Positions 25,301 to 41,100 are shown, counted from the first letter of the stretch. The stretch: 64,000 nt of DNA from Tubulanus polymorphus (GCF_964204645.1 NC_134025.1:11966001-12030000); one strand, 5' to 3'. Notes: generated by a model not told the origin, from the letters alone. Translations and numbers: made by a program.

Positions 25301-27907
25301 CAGAGCACCTCCCTTTGAAAATCCTGGATCCACCCCTGCTTGGTTACTACAACCCACTGCAGAGTCCTCATTTCTCTGACCTATTATCGTGCCATAGGAA
25401 TGAGCCTGTTGTGAAGTGCTTCCTGATCCTTTCGATATTTATTGACTATCCATTTTAGGGAAGGTTTTATCAACGCACGAGAATCCAACGTATGTTACAT
25501 GTCTCAAACTTCACCCGGGTAGTGGTGATAATGTATTTGTACTGGGATCAAAAGATGTTATCCATTGCTGGGACAAACGAACGCCTAAAACACCAGTCAA
25601 AAACTTTAAGTACAAGTTTACGTTTGGCCAGGTACGTCGATGCAAAAAATGTATTTCAAACTCTAAACTTTTTCTGGTCTTCATCTGAAAAACCATTGTC
25701 AAGGAATGAATTTTGAAACTGAATTCAAATCTGCGGGTATCATCGTGAAGTGTTAGAATTCGCTATATGTCACAAATTATGGCTAGAATGTCGAACCCAC
25801 AATAAACTACGAATGATATAAACTTAAAAAAATTTATTTGAACCTCAAAATTCTCGCAGCTTCATGTATTTCATATTTTATCGTGGGTTTGACATTCTAG
25901 CCTTTATCTGTGACATATATTGCAAATTCCACATCTTCTATATTTCATTGTCCAATATCTTTTAATTGATGGTGATTATTATTATAAAAGGTCCAAGATT
26001 TGCTGTTTACCGATGGTGGAAATACGCTGTTTAGTTGCAATGATGTTGTGAGCCGGGATTCTGCTGATCGTAACATTATGGCGTGGGACTTTCGCACTAC
26101 AGCTGTTCTGTCGCAACAAATCTATCAGGTACTATAGTAAAGATATAACAAAACTGAATATATGCAGGTATCAATCCAAACCAGGACTCGCCCAGAAGCA
26201 GGTCAACTCCTACCTGGTTTCATCACCAAATGTGCATGGTCTTCCTAGTTCTGTTTTTTGGTAGTACCGAGTTCGGTGGATTTACAGGATATGTAGTTTT
26301 TGTCCGATATATTCTCTAGGAGAAATACACGTGTACACGTTTGAAGGCACACCATTCTGACAATCAACTGTTGGCGCAATCCAATGGAGGATATATCGCA
26401 CAGTTTTCATGCAGTAGGCCGTACAAATTAAACAAACGCAAACGCTTTCAAGGCCACAAGGTAATCAATCGATTGTTGATCTTGACAATATTTTAGATTT
26501 TCAGTTACTCCAGGGGTCGTCCATTTATTATGTATGTACATAAAATTTACCCACCTATTGCTAAGTTCAGACCCCTCACAGCCAATGTTTAAAGAGAAAC
26601 ATTGTTGATATCGGCATGTGACGGTAATGCTGTTATACTTGCTGGATGCACAAAAAAGACAGTGGGTTTAATTGGTTGAAGTTTCTTCATTGTTCAGTGA
26701 GAATCTTAGCGCCGCTGGTAAATGGCCATTGTGACTGTTCACCAATGCTCGATTTATACAATTCTAGAGGGCATCTTTTCTGGATAAAAAGATTCTCCAG
26801 TCGGTATCCCGCATCAAAGTTTGGTATCCCAGTTCACCTCAGAAATTAGTTTTTATTGAAGAAAACAGGAAAAAAGTAAGATTTAACAACTACACGGTGA
26901 AATCAAATTCCTTGTCTCCTGTCGGGATAGTTTCAATCCCAAAAAAAAAAAATCTACACCGTCAGGATATTGGGATACTGTCAATATTGAGTTCTTTTCA
27001 ATAGAGCTTCAGTACGTAGTGCTATAAACCAATGATGCATGTTACATGAGTACATTTGTCATTATTCAAGCTGGTTTACCGATAGTTACGAAAACACACA
27101 CAACACACACACTTGTAGATCCCCCTTTCCCCCGAACGCAATTTTATCAGAGACCACCCCTACCCTGCATTTGTGATTGTGGCTTATAAGTCACTATCTC
27201 AGGAGTTTTTTTGGTCCGTGCCAACTGTTCACTCAGGTACCAAATGAGCCCGTGCCTGCTTGGCCCGACCAAAAATGTTGGACTAGACCTGCACCAAATT
27301 TTTGCACAGGTCAAAGTATTGCATGTGCATTGCAACTCACTTCGCTTTGTCACTGCCTTGTTTAGTATCGAGTGAGTGTTTTATGTGTGAATATGAAAAG
27401 TTAGACTCGGGCCTGATCTGGGCCAAATTGGTCCAGGTCAAATGGTCTCCGTGTGATCATGGCTAGAAATTTAGAAATGTGTTGATGGCTTAATTATCAT
27501 TTTCCTTTCATCTGCATAGGTTTATTGAATTGCCAGATGTAAGGATCAATCTGTGCCTGAACTTGCCTCCTTCTGAAGTGCTGCATATTGATAGTAGCAA
27601 TGGCCAATGGGGGATCTTTCAATCTCTTAAATCTTTAAAGCCTTAATAAGTTTTATAAGGAATCCTCTTAATCTGCAATTTATAGGTTCTAGGCTACAGT
27701 ATTGGTTTTGACACTAGTACCGATGGTAGAACTGTGATCAGTGGCAGTGCAGACGGACGAATAGCATGTTATGATTATCAAACTGGAAAGAACTTCAGAA
27801 CATTAGACACAAAAATGGCTGTGTGCATGGACATAGCTTTTCATCCAGTTTTACCTTCCACTATCGCGGCGTGTGCTTGGGATGGTATGATATCTGTATG
27901 GCAATGA
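22389..27907 (+). CDS. WDR25: WD repeat-containing protein 25, complete, 6 coding exons
   Basis: Exons 22389-22515, 23696-24577, 25459-25631, 25991-26128, 26320-26460 and 27686-27907, GT-AG and in phase. Peptides HAGAVNRIQWC..SHLLLSASMDSTVRLWN, SRDSADRNIMAWDFRT, RFQGHKVLGYSIG, SGSADGR and FHPVLPSTIAACAWDGMISVWQ* match WDR25. Confidence 0.93.
22655..23040. mobile_element. Second, one-end-truncated copy of the 11705-12250 MITE in WDR25 intron 1
   Basis: The core is the reverse complement of 11870-12040. Both arms carry GCGCATGCGC. Confidence 0.75.
25764..25920. mobile_element. Hairpin MITE
   Basis: TATATGTCACAAATTATGGCTAGAATGTCGAACCCAC is mirrored by GTGGGTTTGACATTCTAGCCTTTATCTGTGACATATA. Confidence 0.6.
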
Positions 27908-30900
27908 TTTTGTAATTAATTTGTTATTGAAAAGTACATGTATAATGGTATTTGGAGTAGTTTTCTGTCATCTCTGTATTTATAATCTCAGCATACACTG
28001 TCGATAGCAGTTGAAATTCAACAAAACTTGCTACCTAGTTATCAGGTTGCTGTCAATAATTTATTTCTATGGTCAAAATACAATTACTTAGTACCCTTAC
28101 TGTAAGGTTTTACTTGATTGGACTAAGCAATGAACATATAAACCATTTAATCAAGCATCTCCTACTTTCAATACATCAGTGTGAATTCCATGAAGTAAAA
28201 ATTTGCTATTTATGCAAGTCTGCTATCAGAATATCAGCGATTTTTGGCCATCCCCTCTCAGTAGTGATTTGAACCTGATGGTATCTCGAGACTGCCATGG
28301 CACTAACCCTGCCTGATTAGTCAAAGTTTGCGGTTCATGCCGTGGCAGCGTCTAGCAATGCCATCTGGTTCGAATCCCTCCTTGTCACCATTTACTCGAT
28401 GTAATCTCCCATACCAGGAAACCCCTTTGGAAACTTTAGAGCTGTCTACTAAAATATTCTTTAGTGACACCCCTTGGTTTAAGAACCCTTGTCTCAAATA
28501 GGTAGTTTTCAAATCGTTCTCCTTACCATCGCTCAATTGAAAGGCATCCCACACTTAACTAAGTGAATAATTAATAATATTCCTAAGAATTTCTATTCAT
28601 TTATTGTCTAAAGCATTGTCAAGACACATACATACCTATACATGCACATAATTGAACTTCATTTTGACTGGTATACAAGAACATAAAATTATCTAGGAGT
28701 CGCTTACTGATAATTATGTATGCACTGAACAGCTAGATACAAGACAGATGCAAGTCATACAGGAAATCCACCGTTACACTGATGGCACATAAACCAGTGA
28801 ACTGATTTCTGGACTGTAATCTGAAGCTAATACACGTATATCCATTTACATTGAAAACAACAGGAATAACACCGAATCAAAACATTTACCAATTAATACC
28901 TCATCCTATAAATGAAGGACGATGAGAAAAACATAGAAGGGAGATTTTTTGACAGTGTGTCAAACTACAGGTAAATCCACTCTCTTTGTATCCACCTTCA
29001 ATGTACCAGTATGTCAAAATTTATGCTATATAATGATTTCTTAATGGGATTTATTTTGTTGGTCCCAGATGATCCGTATTAAGTAGGGATTGATGAAAGA
29101 CTTGCCGCCAATGAACTCAATGAATATGGAATGTTCAGTAACAATGGATATTTCAAAATGCTTGAAAGTTCAAAAACGCAGCTTCAGACCAGAGAAAAAA
29201 AAAACTTTGTTATGATAAGCAATGTGAAATGAAGAAACGAAGAGCTAAGTGGTGGATGGCATTTTTAAGATGCTACAGAAAAAAGTATGGTTTGCGCTTG
29301 CTCTGAAATGCCCAAATGAATACAACTAATATAACAAAATTTATCTATGTTTACAGGGCAATGACGAAAAGAAAAGAAAACTATTTATTTCATGCATTTT
29401 TCACCACATCAGATCACCATGGGATTATGCACCTGCACCAAAAGTAAAAATATTAAAATTTGTAAAACTACAACCAAAATTTAACAGAATAAAAATACAC
29501 AAAAATTCTCCATGGTGGAAATTCAAATACAGCAAAGCCCACTTCATTCAGATGAGATTTATTTGGATTTTATCCTGACATGCAATGGCCTACCTTAAAC
29601 ATTAATGTATCTAAAATACGATATTGATTCAGAAATATTTCATAAAAGGGATGGATTTCGTCAGTCCCAAATTATCCGGACGAAATGGGTTTGACTGAAC
29701 AAGTTAAGAAACGCAATAAGCTTGTTGTATCCTCGCAATAGACTGATTACAATAGTTGTTTCAGTCCCTACAATATGGAAGTATCAACTTGGAAGACGTG
29801 CATTTAGTTAATTTCATCCTTTTTTGTTGTAGTTTTAAACCAGTCATATCAACATATTGCGGTTCACAAGATTGGATGATGCATTACAAAATTGGAGAAT
29901 ATGCATACATCTATTCCTACTTCGAAGGTATACCACTGTCACAATTTTGCAGTTATATACCTAGGGGATCATTTTAAGACATCAAAATGATTTGGTTTGT
30001 TATTAATAATTATTAAACCCTTTATTATAATGATTTCCAGATGACCGGGCTGCGATCCACATCTGGATAGTACCATTTATTATTGCACATAAGATTCGTA
30101 ATAATGAGGTTCCTCTGTTATTCATTCACTGGTAGTTGAGCCTTGACTGATTGCCGAGTTAAGAAAATATATGTAAACAGCCTGTCCAAAATTATCTTGT
30201 AAATTGTCGAATGGTTTAAATGGTTCAATAAATTCTCCAGTACAGCAAAGTGAATTATACCGTATACATGTATTTCCAAAATAATCAATTTCTAGTTTTT
30301 TCAAATGATAGTTAATTCCAGTAATAAAAAAATGTTTGTAAAACTTTGGAAATTGAAGTATGAGGCTTTAACGTGCAATTTTCATTAGTAAACAATCCAC
30401 AGAAATAACACACGGTATTTAACAAATCAACTAAATGAAACCTACTTATTTTAGAATTCAAACAAATCTTTTAAGCTGGTTCATCTAGGATTGATTATAT
30501 ACATGTACTAGCTAAATAGACTCTGCACCTTCATATGCAGATTTTGGACTCTATCGGGTATACCTAGAACACAGTTGAAGATCTTTGTCAAGTTTATCTT
30601 CTTTTTCCTCGCTGTTTTCAAAGAAGGCAGGGAGGCAGAGTCTACTGTGTAATTATGTTGTAACATTTATTTCAAGATTTATCGACAGCTATAGAGCATC
30701 GGTATAAATCATGGCTGTCTAAGACATGGACTTACTCTGAAACAGTTCAAAAACCTAAGACTATTAGATAGCTGGTAAACAATTTACACAATCCAATGAA
30801 TACTATTTAAAAACTTTCCCACCTTTTGATTTTTTAAGATATGCATTATTCAGATGGAAAAACCAAATAACAACCAAATGCCTGAAGCCTGGTTAAAATT

Positions 30901-31235
30901 CTACTTAAGAGATTGCATAATCAATCTGATGTTTTAATACTGGGGTCAAATCTTAATTGAGACCTGTGATAAAGCTGTCAAATTAAAGATCAGATACAGG
31001 TACTCTAGAGTTTAGATTTGACGATAAATCGATTTCAAGTCAATCCAACAGAATGGCTTGTTAATTTCGAAGACTAGATGTAACATTCATTCCCCAGGAT
31101 ATATCCTTGAACGTCCAAAAACCTCACTACACATTCGATGCGAACCATGTCGAAAATCCAGTTTTATAAACTGAGATTTGTAAAGCAGCATAATATGAAT
31201 TTTTATTTCAGTAGCAAACTATATGAATAGATCAA

Positions 31236-31439
31236 CCCTTAACCTGCTGAGTTATTTACAAAAGGTTTTCGATGAAATTATGAGCACTGTATTAAATCTT
31301 TATAACCTCCAAGCTATTGAATATGACAATGAAACTTCAAAAAGTAACCAACTGGTGAAAGATGACAAAAAATTTGACCACCGATTTGGGGAATTAGTTG
31401 CCTCAGCAAGAAGATTCAAGTCACATGGCAGGTTAAGGG
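31236..31439. mobile_element. piggyBac-type MITE in the putative 3' UTR of the TJAP1-like gene
   Basis: CCCTTAACCTGC ... GCAGGTTAAGGG, with degenerate TTAA flanks (TCAA / TTAG). Confidence 0.6.
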
Positions 31440-32135
31440 TTAGAAAGTCAATTAAACCACACCCACTGATTGGGGGGTTCAGTTGGCTTTTATCTTGGTA
31501 GCTGCCATTGAAACAGTGGAATTTACAGACTTCAAAGTGGGCTTGGGGTAACTTGGGCCCCTGTTTCAAACTATGGCCCCAGATAAAATCAATACCATGG
31601 TAAATAAAAGTTAAGTCAAAAAGAAATCAGAACAGCATACAATATTTCCAACATTAGAGGTGACGCCGATGCAAGACAATGTTTTGCTTGACATCTCTAA
31701 TAAATCACAGACGACGCAATACATTAAGGAACAGCTGTATGTACTCCATGATAATGAAGATATACCGGGTAGCCAAAATTGCCAACCCTATTCGAGTTTC
31801 ACTATTCTATACAGTTGGTCAGCATTTTTAACAAGTCTAGAAGGACTGATAGCGTACTGGCACTGCTACTTTGGCAATCAATGATTGTGTTTGTGTGAAT
31901 ATCTGCTAAGGAGCTTCGGCACTTCGATCTCATACATTTCAATTGAAAATGAATTGAGAATGAATTAATTATCAATGAAAACTAAACCAAACATAAATAG
32001 AAAAGTCGTCCTTATATCTTTTTGGTGGCACGTATGTGTAATATTGAAATCAGGAGTCTAAAACACAGATAGATCATCACCATGCCATCTGGTGGGATAG
32101 CACCTGGCATGCCCGTACCCCATTCACACACCATG

Positions 32136-35100
32136 TCAGATCTCAGTTTCTGTGGAGTTTAGTCTACCTCGACTAGAGGCTTTATGAATGTACGAAAAAC
32201 TACTCGAACTATCAAATGAGTCTTCTCTAGAGCGCAACTGTTCCGTCATAGCTGTTGTTTGTATTTGCTTATCGACAAATGTAAAATCCTTTTTGCACTT
32301 ATCACAGATATAAGTTCGCTTTGGTCGCTTTTTCGGCTCCTGGTGCGTGAGCACTTTCGCGATGAGGGTCACAGGAACCGAAGATTCATCTTTGCGAGTT
32401 TCGATTTGCACAGTATTTAGTTTATTGACCGAATAGACCATTGCAGTTGGCGGGAACGTAGGCATCGGCACGCGTATAGTTTTCTGTTCGAGTGGTGGTT
32501 TCTCCAGTTCGATGATTTCTTCCTGAGCCATATGAGGCTTCAGTCTCTGCTGAAGATCCAAAGGAAGCTGGAAGACCAAGAGTTTCATATATAACTTATT
32601 GAAAAATCTAGTATATGAACTGCTGCACGAAAATAAAAGCTCACAGTCCAGTGCCACAGTTCCGAGTTCAGATTTAACTCATGAGTTAACTCATTGAAAA
32701 TGAACTAACTTTAGCTCAGAGTTAACTCTTAACTCACAACTGTGGAACAGGGTCCAGCCAGGGGTCCAGGGAATAACCTCAGAAAAGCCTTAATTTGCAA
32801 TGAAAGCTCCCCCGTACCATTTTCATAGAGGTGTGGCAGAACATACTACAAAAATGCTTACCGTGTTCAACTTATGTGCTATGAAATTGGAAGGTTTACA
32901 TTGCAACAACTGCACAGCGGTGTTACAATCATTTCTGAAGCGTTCCTGAAAATTAAAATCTTTTTCCTTAGATACTTATTCACTGAAAATTAATGATCTT
33001 CAATAATTAACATTTTCTCGGCTGAAGTTTCATTGTTAAATATGAGTCAATAATGTTTGTATCAGATTGGATGCCTTCTAATTACAACAAATCAGATAAA
33101 TGGCATAGATTTCTGGTATTAAAACAATAATGTAGAATAGGGCTTTCAGCAATATCAAACAATTATCGATTGAGATTCAAGACTCTAAACTCAGCACTGG
33201 AAGTGTTACTAATCAGGAATAAAACTAAGTCTGCAACAGTGCAGTTTTACAAGAATTTATTCCAGATGTCTGGGTTTTTCTTTAGCAGTCACATTTGGCA
33301 TGGGAAAAAATCAGTGAGGCCCCGGCTTGAGGGGACTGGGTATCTGGCATCGTTAATAAAACTACTGGTCTCGTAGGTTAATAACTGATGCTTAGGTAAA
33401 ACTTTTTTGCATTTTAGAACATAATTGGTCATTGGTATGGTTCAATATCTCTCTTCTCTATCCACCTTATGTTTGGCGTTACAGGGTTAGGATTCAGAAT
33501 TGATTCAAATTTCATCTTCATAAGTCGAGAATTTAACCACTGATCATGAGTCAAACACCGAGTCTTCACAATTACGTACGCATTCATCTTCTAGATCGCA
33601 TATCGTCATTCGCGCATCGACCATCCGAGACGTCAGACCGGCGATTTCTTTCTGTAAATTCGTCTTCTCATTCTCAAATCGGCTGACCTGTCAAATATCA
33701 CGCGATAACAAATTGATTATCTAGAATGCAACTAGCTACTAATCAGCAGAACATCAATTCTAGATCCATTGATATGTTATCATTAAGACACCTGCTCGAT
33801 TCACAGGCATCAACTGATTAGCAACAATTAGTGACAGATGTTACATACTGAGTAGTTTAATCTTGGACTTGGCACTGTCTTCATGGCTTGGGGAATAAGG
33901 TGTTCGAAACACAACCGAAAGCTGGTGTGTTTTAAAACCCATTGAATCGTCGACACTACCTGGTTAGGATATATTGCAAACCAGCGAAAAACCACAGGAT
34001 TTTATAGGCCGGAAAAATTTTTGATACACACTGGCCAGGAATTACGTCGCAGCGTTCTAGAACGTATAAAATATTAGGAACGTGTTATATCATCTCCTTT
34101 GCCAATATGATCGTCATATCCTAACAAGAGGACTTTGAAGTCCTGAGGTTCGAAGAAGAGCAAAGTCTGATGAATGAATTATAAATTACATAAAAGAAAG
34201 GCAAATTATGAAAAGAAATTAATATTCCATTCAAGAAGTTTGTTTAAAAAAATTCAATTTGTTTTCCGTTTGCATTGCGCACGTGGTAACGTTATTGTTT
34301 ACATCTGACGTCATCGATGAAATGAGACGCGCAGTAGAACCTGCCGGTCAATCAACATAATTGGTTTACACTAAAAATGCGCTTACTTGCAAAACTATGT
34401 AGTGCATCAATCTGGAATTTTCTGCACAATATCCGATGCTGAATACCTTACTTTAAAGGTTTATTTGGTGTAAATCGGATCACAAATATTTCTAATATTT
34501 TGTTCATAACTTTTGAAGTGGAAGCTTTCGGCATCAACGTGTGTATGGCTGTACGTATGGGTACTGGCGCTTACAACAGGCGCAGCATTGATGGTGTATT
34601 TATGCGCGAGTAGATGTAATGATTTGTTTTAACCGCTAAATCGGCGTTCATTACGCATGATTTAAAAAAATGATATTATTCAGAGTATTTGAATATATTT
34701 ATCATGATAATTATAATATTCTTAAGACAAGCGAATTACGTATGTGAACCTAATTCATTGAAGCGTATCAATCTGAAAAAAAATCCTCCGATCCTGTCAA
34801 ATGACTTCATGACCGCAACTTGACGATAGCTTAAGTTCTCATTCTTCGAACCAAAAAGTATATTATGACTCCCCATCTGAAAACCAATCATCATATACTC
34901 ACTGCTGATAGGAGTTTCTCCTCTAATCCTTGATTTACACGGCTCAATTTCTTATGGCTTTCATACAATCTGCGAAGGAAAAGTTATGAAACTATCAAAA
35001 TCATCCGGACTTAATGAAATACTGGTATCATCTGTATGCAATACACCAGTATCGATCTTGGACTACAAACTTCTAAAAGTCTTTAGGTGATGTTTATCTC

Positions 35101-38100
35101 CAAAGAAAAGAAAAGTACTATCTTTTTCTTTTTTTTTGTTGTTGATTATACTGATTGTATAAGAAAACTAGAAAGACACTTTTTAATAGGACGACGGAGA
35201 CATAGAAATTAAAACTCGAACTCAGGGTGAGGACCAGTTAAGTTGGTTGGATAGTGCTTTTTAAACATGTTTGCAAGTCAGGTCCAAACGAAGTTCCACT
35301 GTATTAGATGAAGAGTTGAGATTATAGTCAACATACAATGCAAGTTCAAGGTATTATAAGGCTACATAGATTTAAGACATAACTGAGCAGTTGGCATCCC
35401 TGCAAGTTTGAAAACTAGAGGACCAAAGGAGGTCCTGAGGCTCGAAATATGTAAGCTCGATCAACAAAATCGTCGTTGGTATGGATTGATATTGCCTTAG
35501 ATACAGTTAGAGGGGTTGAGAAATGAAGGTATCATTTTAGCCATGGTTCATCGTAGCCATCTATCAAGGTTTCGAAGTACTTACCATGACCACTGGATAC
35601 AGTCTGCTCTAGGTAAAATCACCAAGAACCCATGAACATGCAGTCCATGGGGTACAAGCTTCATATCCCTGTGTCAACACGGTTGTTTTGAAGCTGTTCA
35701 CAGACTGAACCAAAGGCCAACTGCTAACTGTACCCTTAGGGCCTGGAGCTAGTCTAACGATCGACCAAGTGGAACAGAACGAATATTTACCAGCAGGCTC
35801 ATTAGAATTATTGAATGATATCTTCGAAAGTTCGATTATGGGAATCCTCAACATGACAAATCTTTGATAGATCTTGAGAGAATGATCCAAAAGAATCAAT
35901 GACGATCAATCATTTGACTTAATAATAGTTTGAAAGTTTTCAGCGTGAGATTACGATCTATAAAAACTGTACTGTGCGTGTAGTAGTCTAGAGCGCGTGT
36001 GAACACTGAGTATCGATTCAACCTTGGATTAATCATCTGACGTCAAATGATTAGGCCTACTTTAAGATTCAACGCAGCAGCTAATGTTGAATCGATGTAG
36101 CACATGTACTGTCTAAACATTCAATTAATCCGCTGACACACACTATGAAAATACCAAACTTTCTGGCAATAAATGACAAAATAAATGTCCCGATACCAAC
36201 AACTAAAACAACTAAACAACTAAATAAGAGAATAGGCCTATGTAAAGTGCTACTTTAAAAATGTGGCTCTATCTTTAACGCGGACTAATACAGATTTACT
36301 TCTAGACGGGGCGGTGCTACTTTAGTTTCAATTTTTATCTATTTCAGCAATATTTAATCGACCAATTAACAAAAATTCACCATATGCGAACTCAACCTTC
36401 TACGTTTCATATTTAAGCGACTGTGAAAGTTTCAGACGCGTACGTGGCGTTAAACGTTTGACGTGACGGATTTCACGATTACAATAGGACGATGTGTACT
36501 ACGTTAAGTCGTCCTGAAAATCGTAAATAAATTATAGCCTAATCTATAGCCTAGGAAAAAATAAAGAATGTGCGAGGGTTAGATTGTGTGGCAATAAATT
36601 GTGCAACATTGTTCAGAGAATAAAATTATACATATTGAAAAAAGGTATTTTCATTCTTCTTCGTAGGCTTATTTGATTCAAAGTTCAGCAGTTTTCCTCA
36701 GTACAAATGCTAGATAAATACTGCCGTAAACCATTAACATTCTTCTGATTGTTGATGAAGCCAATTGATCACCAGTACAGAGATATTTAACAATGCATAT
36801 AGCTTCAGATTATGAACTAAACTGAGAGGCTGTTCAATCATTCAGCATTGATCCTTCCTAACTACGATTAAATGATTATATCATCAATATCAGTGATAGG
36901 CATTAGCCCTGTGAAAAAGGCATGATCTGAAATGTGTGGGCTGAAAAAAGGGCCTTTGGATTTAGCAAATTGACTTGCCAGACTGGTTAAGTCCTAAGGG
37001 TATGTTGGTGAGCTTTAAGGCTGGCTTATGTCGACAAGCAACTGGGTTTATTGCCGATTAGCGGCAACTAGCAGCCTACAAGAGGCTGCCAGTTGCTGCT
37101 CTTATCGGTTCGACATAAGCCGGCTTGCCACGGCAACCCGACGCCTACCAAACTCGTCACACAAAAGCCATATCTGGCTAGTTGCCCATGTTCTACTCCA
37201 GCCTACAGTAGGCGGACAATTGCTTTTGATCCTAACCGACATAAGCTCATCTGCGACGTGACGGAACTGAGAGCAAGGCCAATAAGAAACCGCATTTACA
37301 TCCATCTTTATATGATGTCACTAAAAACAGAATCAGAAAGATAAAGATCTTAAAGAAATTTAATAGCTTTTCTAATTGAATTTTCCAATAATTCAAAATA
37401 ATTCGAATTCATTCTCAAAATGCTTATCACGTGACCATCTGAGCCATTACAGTTGCCAGTAATCGTAAGCAGAGAAGCAACTGGGAGGATCTCGTATCCC
37501 GCAAGTTGGCCTCAATTGCTGCGAATTGGAGCGCAGTTGACATTAGCTGGGCTGCGATCGTGGTTGCTCTCAGTTGCGTCGGTAGGCGTCGCGTCACTTG
37601 TCGACATAAGCCAGCCTTTAGAATCTCAAAACTAGCATTGTAGGGTAAGATATCATGACTGCTAACATGAAAGTAGTGAACAGAAACTATAACTGCTCAC
37701 TGTACTATTACAGTTTTGAGAACAAGTCACAATAAATCAATCAAAGAAGATGAGCTTAAATATCGTCTTTCATCTATTCAAACGGCTGCCATTTCCAAAG
37801 TTTGAACTTTTTATAGATATGAAACAGACGTAGCTCATACTTTGGAAAAAGATTTTACAAATTGAGATTCAAACTCAGCCTGACGTGGAGATGGCAGACA
37901 AACTACCACAGAACCACAGAACCAGTCGCTGGTGTTGTTAATAGATTAAGTGCACATGCAGTGACGTCAGTGAAGTACATCATGCAATTTCTCAGGGTTA
38001 TTACTGGACATTGAAAAAATATAAACCCCCTTTTTCTACACATATTACCGGCGGTATTAGTACATGCTTTGGCCTTAGAGTAACAGCGTAACAAAAATTT

Positions 38101-41100
38101 CCTCACCACCATCAATTGTACACTGACGATAAATGTGGATCAGATTCTTTAGATGTGTATGATGTAAGTTAGAGTGGCGTTGGAAGTGCAGCAACTGCAG
38201 CGGCAAAAATTTACTGAATGACGTTTCTTTCTTTGAATACCATGTTTTTGATGAAATTGAAGCAAATTCACCGCGGCAACCTATCAAAATCTACAATTGG
38301 CCGCAGCAATTGGAAATTGCTTCCAACGCGCCTGAATTAGGCATATGATTGAAATATGATGTAAAAAATAACTACCGATCATATCTATCCCGTAATTTCA
38401 CCAACTCGTCTTGAAGTTTGCCGATTTCGAAGTCGTAGTCGAGTCGACGCGACTCGAAATCCGTTTCGAGTTGACCGATGTGGCTGTTATTTTGAAGTAG
38501 TTTCGAACGCAATTCCTCGATCTGATGGTGTAGATCCAAACTGAATAAGAACATAAAGATACAAGTGTATATGAAAACTAGAATTTTGTGTTCGCCTTGC
38601 TAACATATGCACATCCCTCCAGACATCCCTAAAATAACCTCCCAAATCCAGGTACGGCATCAACATTGCTTTTTGTTTTGAAAATTTGTATGCAGTTATT
38701 TGGTATCTCACCGGTTATTTCCCAAATAACTAATTCATAATATATCATTTCTCTATATGAAATAAATTCACAGTCATAGACCGACATGTACATTTTTGGA
38801 AATCAAAGATGGCCGCCAGTCAACCATCTTGGATGGCATTATAATCTAGAATCATCTATTGATACATTATGTCCTCTATTATTTTCCTGTGAAATACGAG
38901 TTCTCTACATAAAATAAATTCACAGTTTGGGCCAAAATGTACATTTTTCATCAAAGACGGCCACCAGTCTACCATCTTAGGCATCAGATTCATCCCCTGG
39001 GTTTTTTGCTGCATTCATGGTTCTGTTAATTTGACACAATAAATCCAAAGTGAACTAATACTCCAACTGCATTTTTACCAATCAACGTAATAATTCAAAG
39101 TAACCCACAACTTGCACTGAATAATCCACCATTGTGATGATCTTGCAACAGCACCAATTTAATTCCACAATTAAAGGCAATTTAATTCCACAATTAAAGG
39201 GTGGGGCTACAGACAACAAATCGATTCAACATAATGCAAGCTACACTTCAAAAATCACCACTGTTTGTGAGCAGTTTCCAAATTCACCCAAAAATTTTAA
39301 AAAGTTGAGCTGTTTTATCTTATGCATTGCTATCGACGTTAAGCTGTTACAGTACCATCCACAATAAAATTTCAGGAATGCCTCGGTCCGTAGGCATCTC
39401 AGTCAAATTCTTACAGCCAGTTATTCTCGGGATCGCATGAAATACGTTGTTGATGCCATATCTGGATTAGGGAGGTTATATCAGGTTTGAATCCCAACAA
39501 TGCATTATTCTAATTTCCTATAATTCCCTTTATTCATTTCTCGTTCTTTTCTTAGGGTTTAATGCAAGCGTAGCTTTTTATATACCAGGCTATTTCCCGG
39601 CTGTACATTTCATTTCATTTTTATTGTTCCACAAAAACATGTTTTGCACAGACCATTCATACATTTCATTTTAACAGTGGATAGTATTGTACAGCAAAGC
39701 AAATCGTTGACAAGTTTACGTAAAGAGACACATATACATGTACGCTGGATAAATATTACGGGGCCTCGTTTACGCACCCCCAACTAATTTACAAAAGTTA
39801 CTCAGTTTTACCGCCAGCTTGTGCGTATTGAAAAGTTTTCCCCAGGTTTTCTATTGTTGGTACCCCCCAATAGTAACGCGAGAAAAGGCGCGCTCTTTCA
39901 TTCGCATATACAGGGTATTCTAAAATGGCATGTCTTTCATCCCCCAGGGTTTGGGTGTTACAATTCATACATAGTCTATCTTCTCGAGCAATACGGTGAC
40001 GGCGCCCTATCTCAATCGGTAAGCTATGGTTGCTGCAACGGAAACGACATAAAGTAATTCTATGGTTAGCCTGTAAATTTAATAAATACCATTCCGGTTC
40101 AAAGTTTGTTTTAATGCGGCAGTATGTGACAGCTTTAGGGGAGTTGGCGCAGTCTGCGCGCCATTTTTGTATATATTGGTCAGTTAATCTATGCTTGACA
40201 GAGTGATAGATAAAGTCTATATTAACGAAGGGTTGAGCTTGTTGGTTCTGCCAGATGTTTGCCATTCCACATTCCTCCAGAATATTTCTTATGTGGCGAA
40301 GCCATTTGGAAAGGGTTCTTTCATCCAGATATGCTCGGTAAATTGCGTTGTACATTCTACTAGACAAAGTGGATCCATTCTTCATCACCAGACCTGCCCA
40401 AAATTTAACCATACGTGCCTTAATTTCTACTTCTAGAAGGGCCTCCCTAATTCGCCGTAGACCATCACGCTTGGGGTGCTGCGATTTAGTTTTAGAATGT
40501 ACATAACTACAACAATTTATATCAATCCTGTCTAATGTCATATCAAACAAGATTACTAATTGTTGTTATGATGTTATTATCGTAAATATATCACATATGC
40601 CTATTTGTTATGATTTACTTAAATATGGTTTTAAAATTAGAAAATCATTTCAAAATCTTGCTAAGATCTGATTAACAAAAGTCTGGGGTCTAGTTTCACA
40701 GAATGACTTCTTAAAATATTCCATAGTTCTTGGTCAAGCTTGAAGAGTTAGTTCATCCAAAAATGATAACACCGGATCCATTATCAGTATCATTATTATT
40801 ATCAGTATTGTGTATGACCTGTTATTCTGCGAAACACACCCAGTCTGACCGAGCAAAATTATCATTACCCGGCAGTAGCAAATGGAATCCTCCCATTCTC
40901 AAGACATTTCAAGATAAATAGCTTTGTGTTAAACAGCAGATACAACAGAAGATTTTGATGTATCGATTTGCTTCACCAAGTTTTAGTAGATCGGACATGA
41001 ACAGTGTGTATATGGTATATACATCATAGTAAGCCAGAATGATTTAGGCATATATACACGTACGTGCATATACATGGGTATTTCAAGAGATCCAATTAAC

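Noticed and set aside
28300-28400. GGTTCGAATCC motifs (also 9838 and 63308) as tRNA genes
   Set aside because: No cloverleaf or properly spaced A-box and acceptor stem could be folded.
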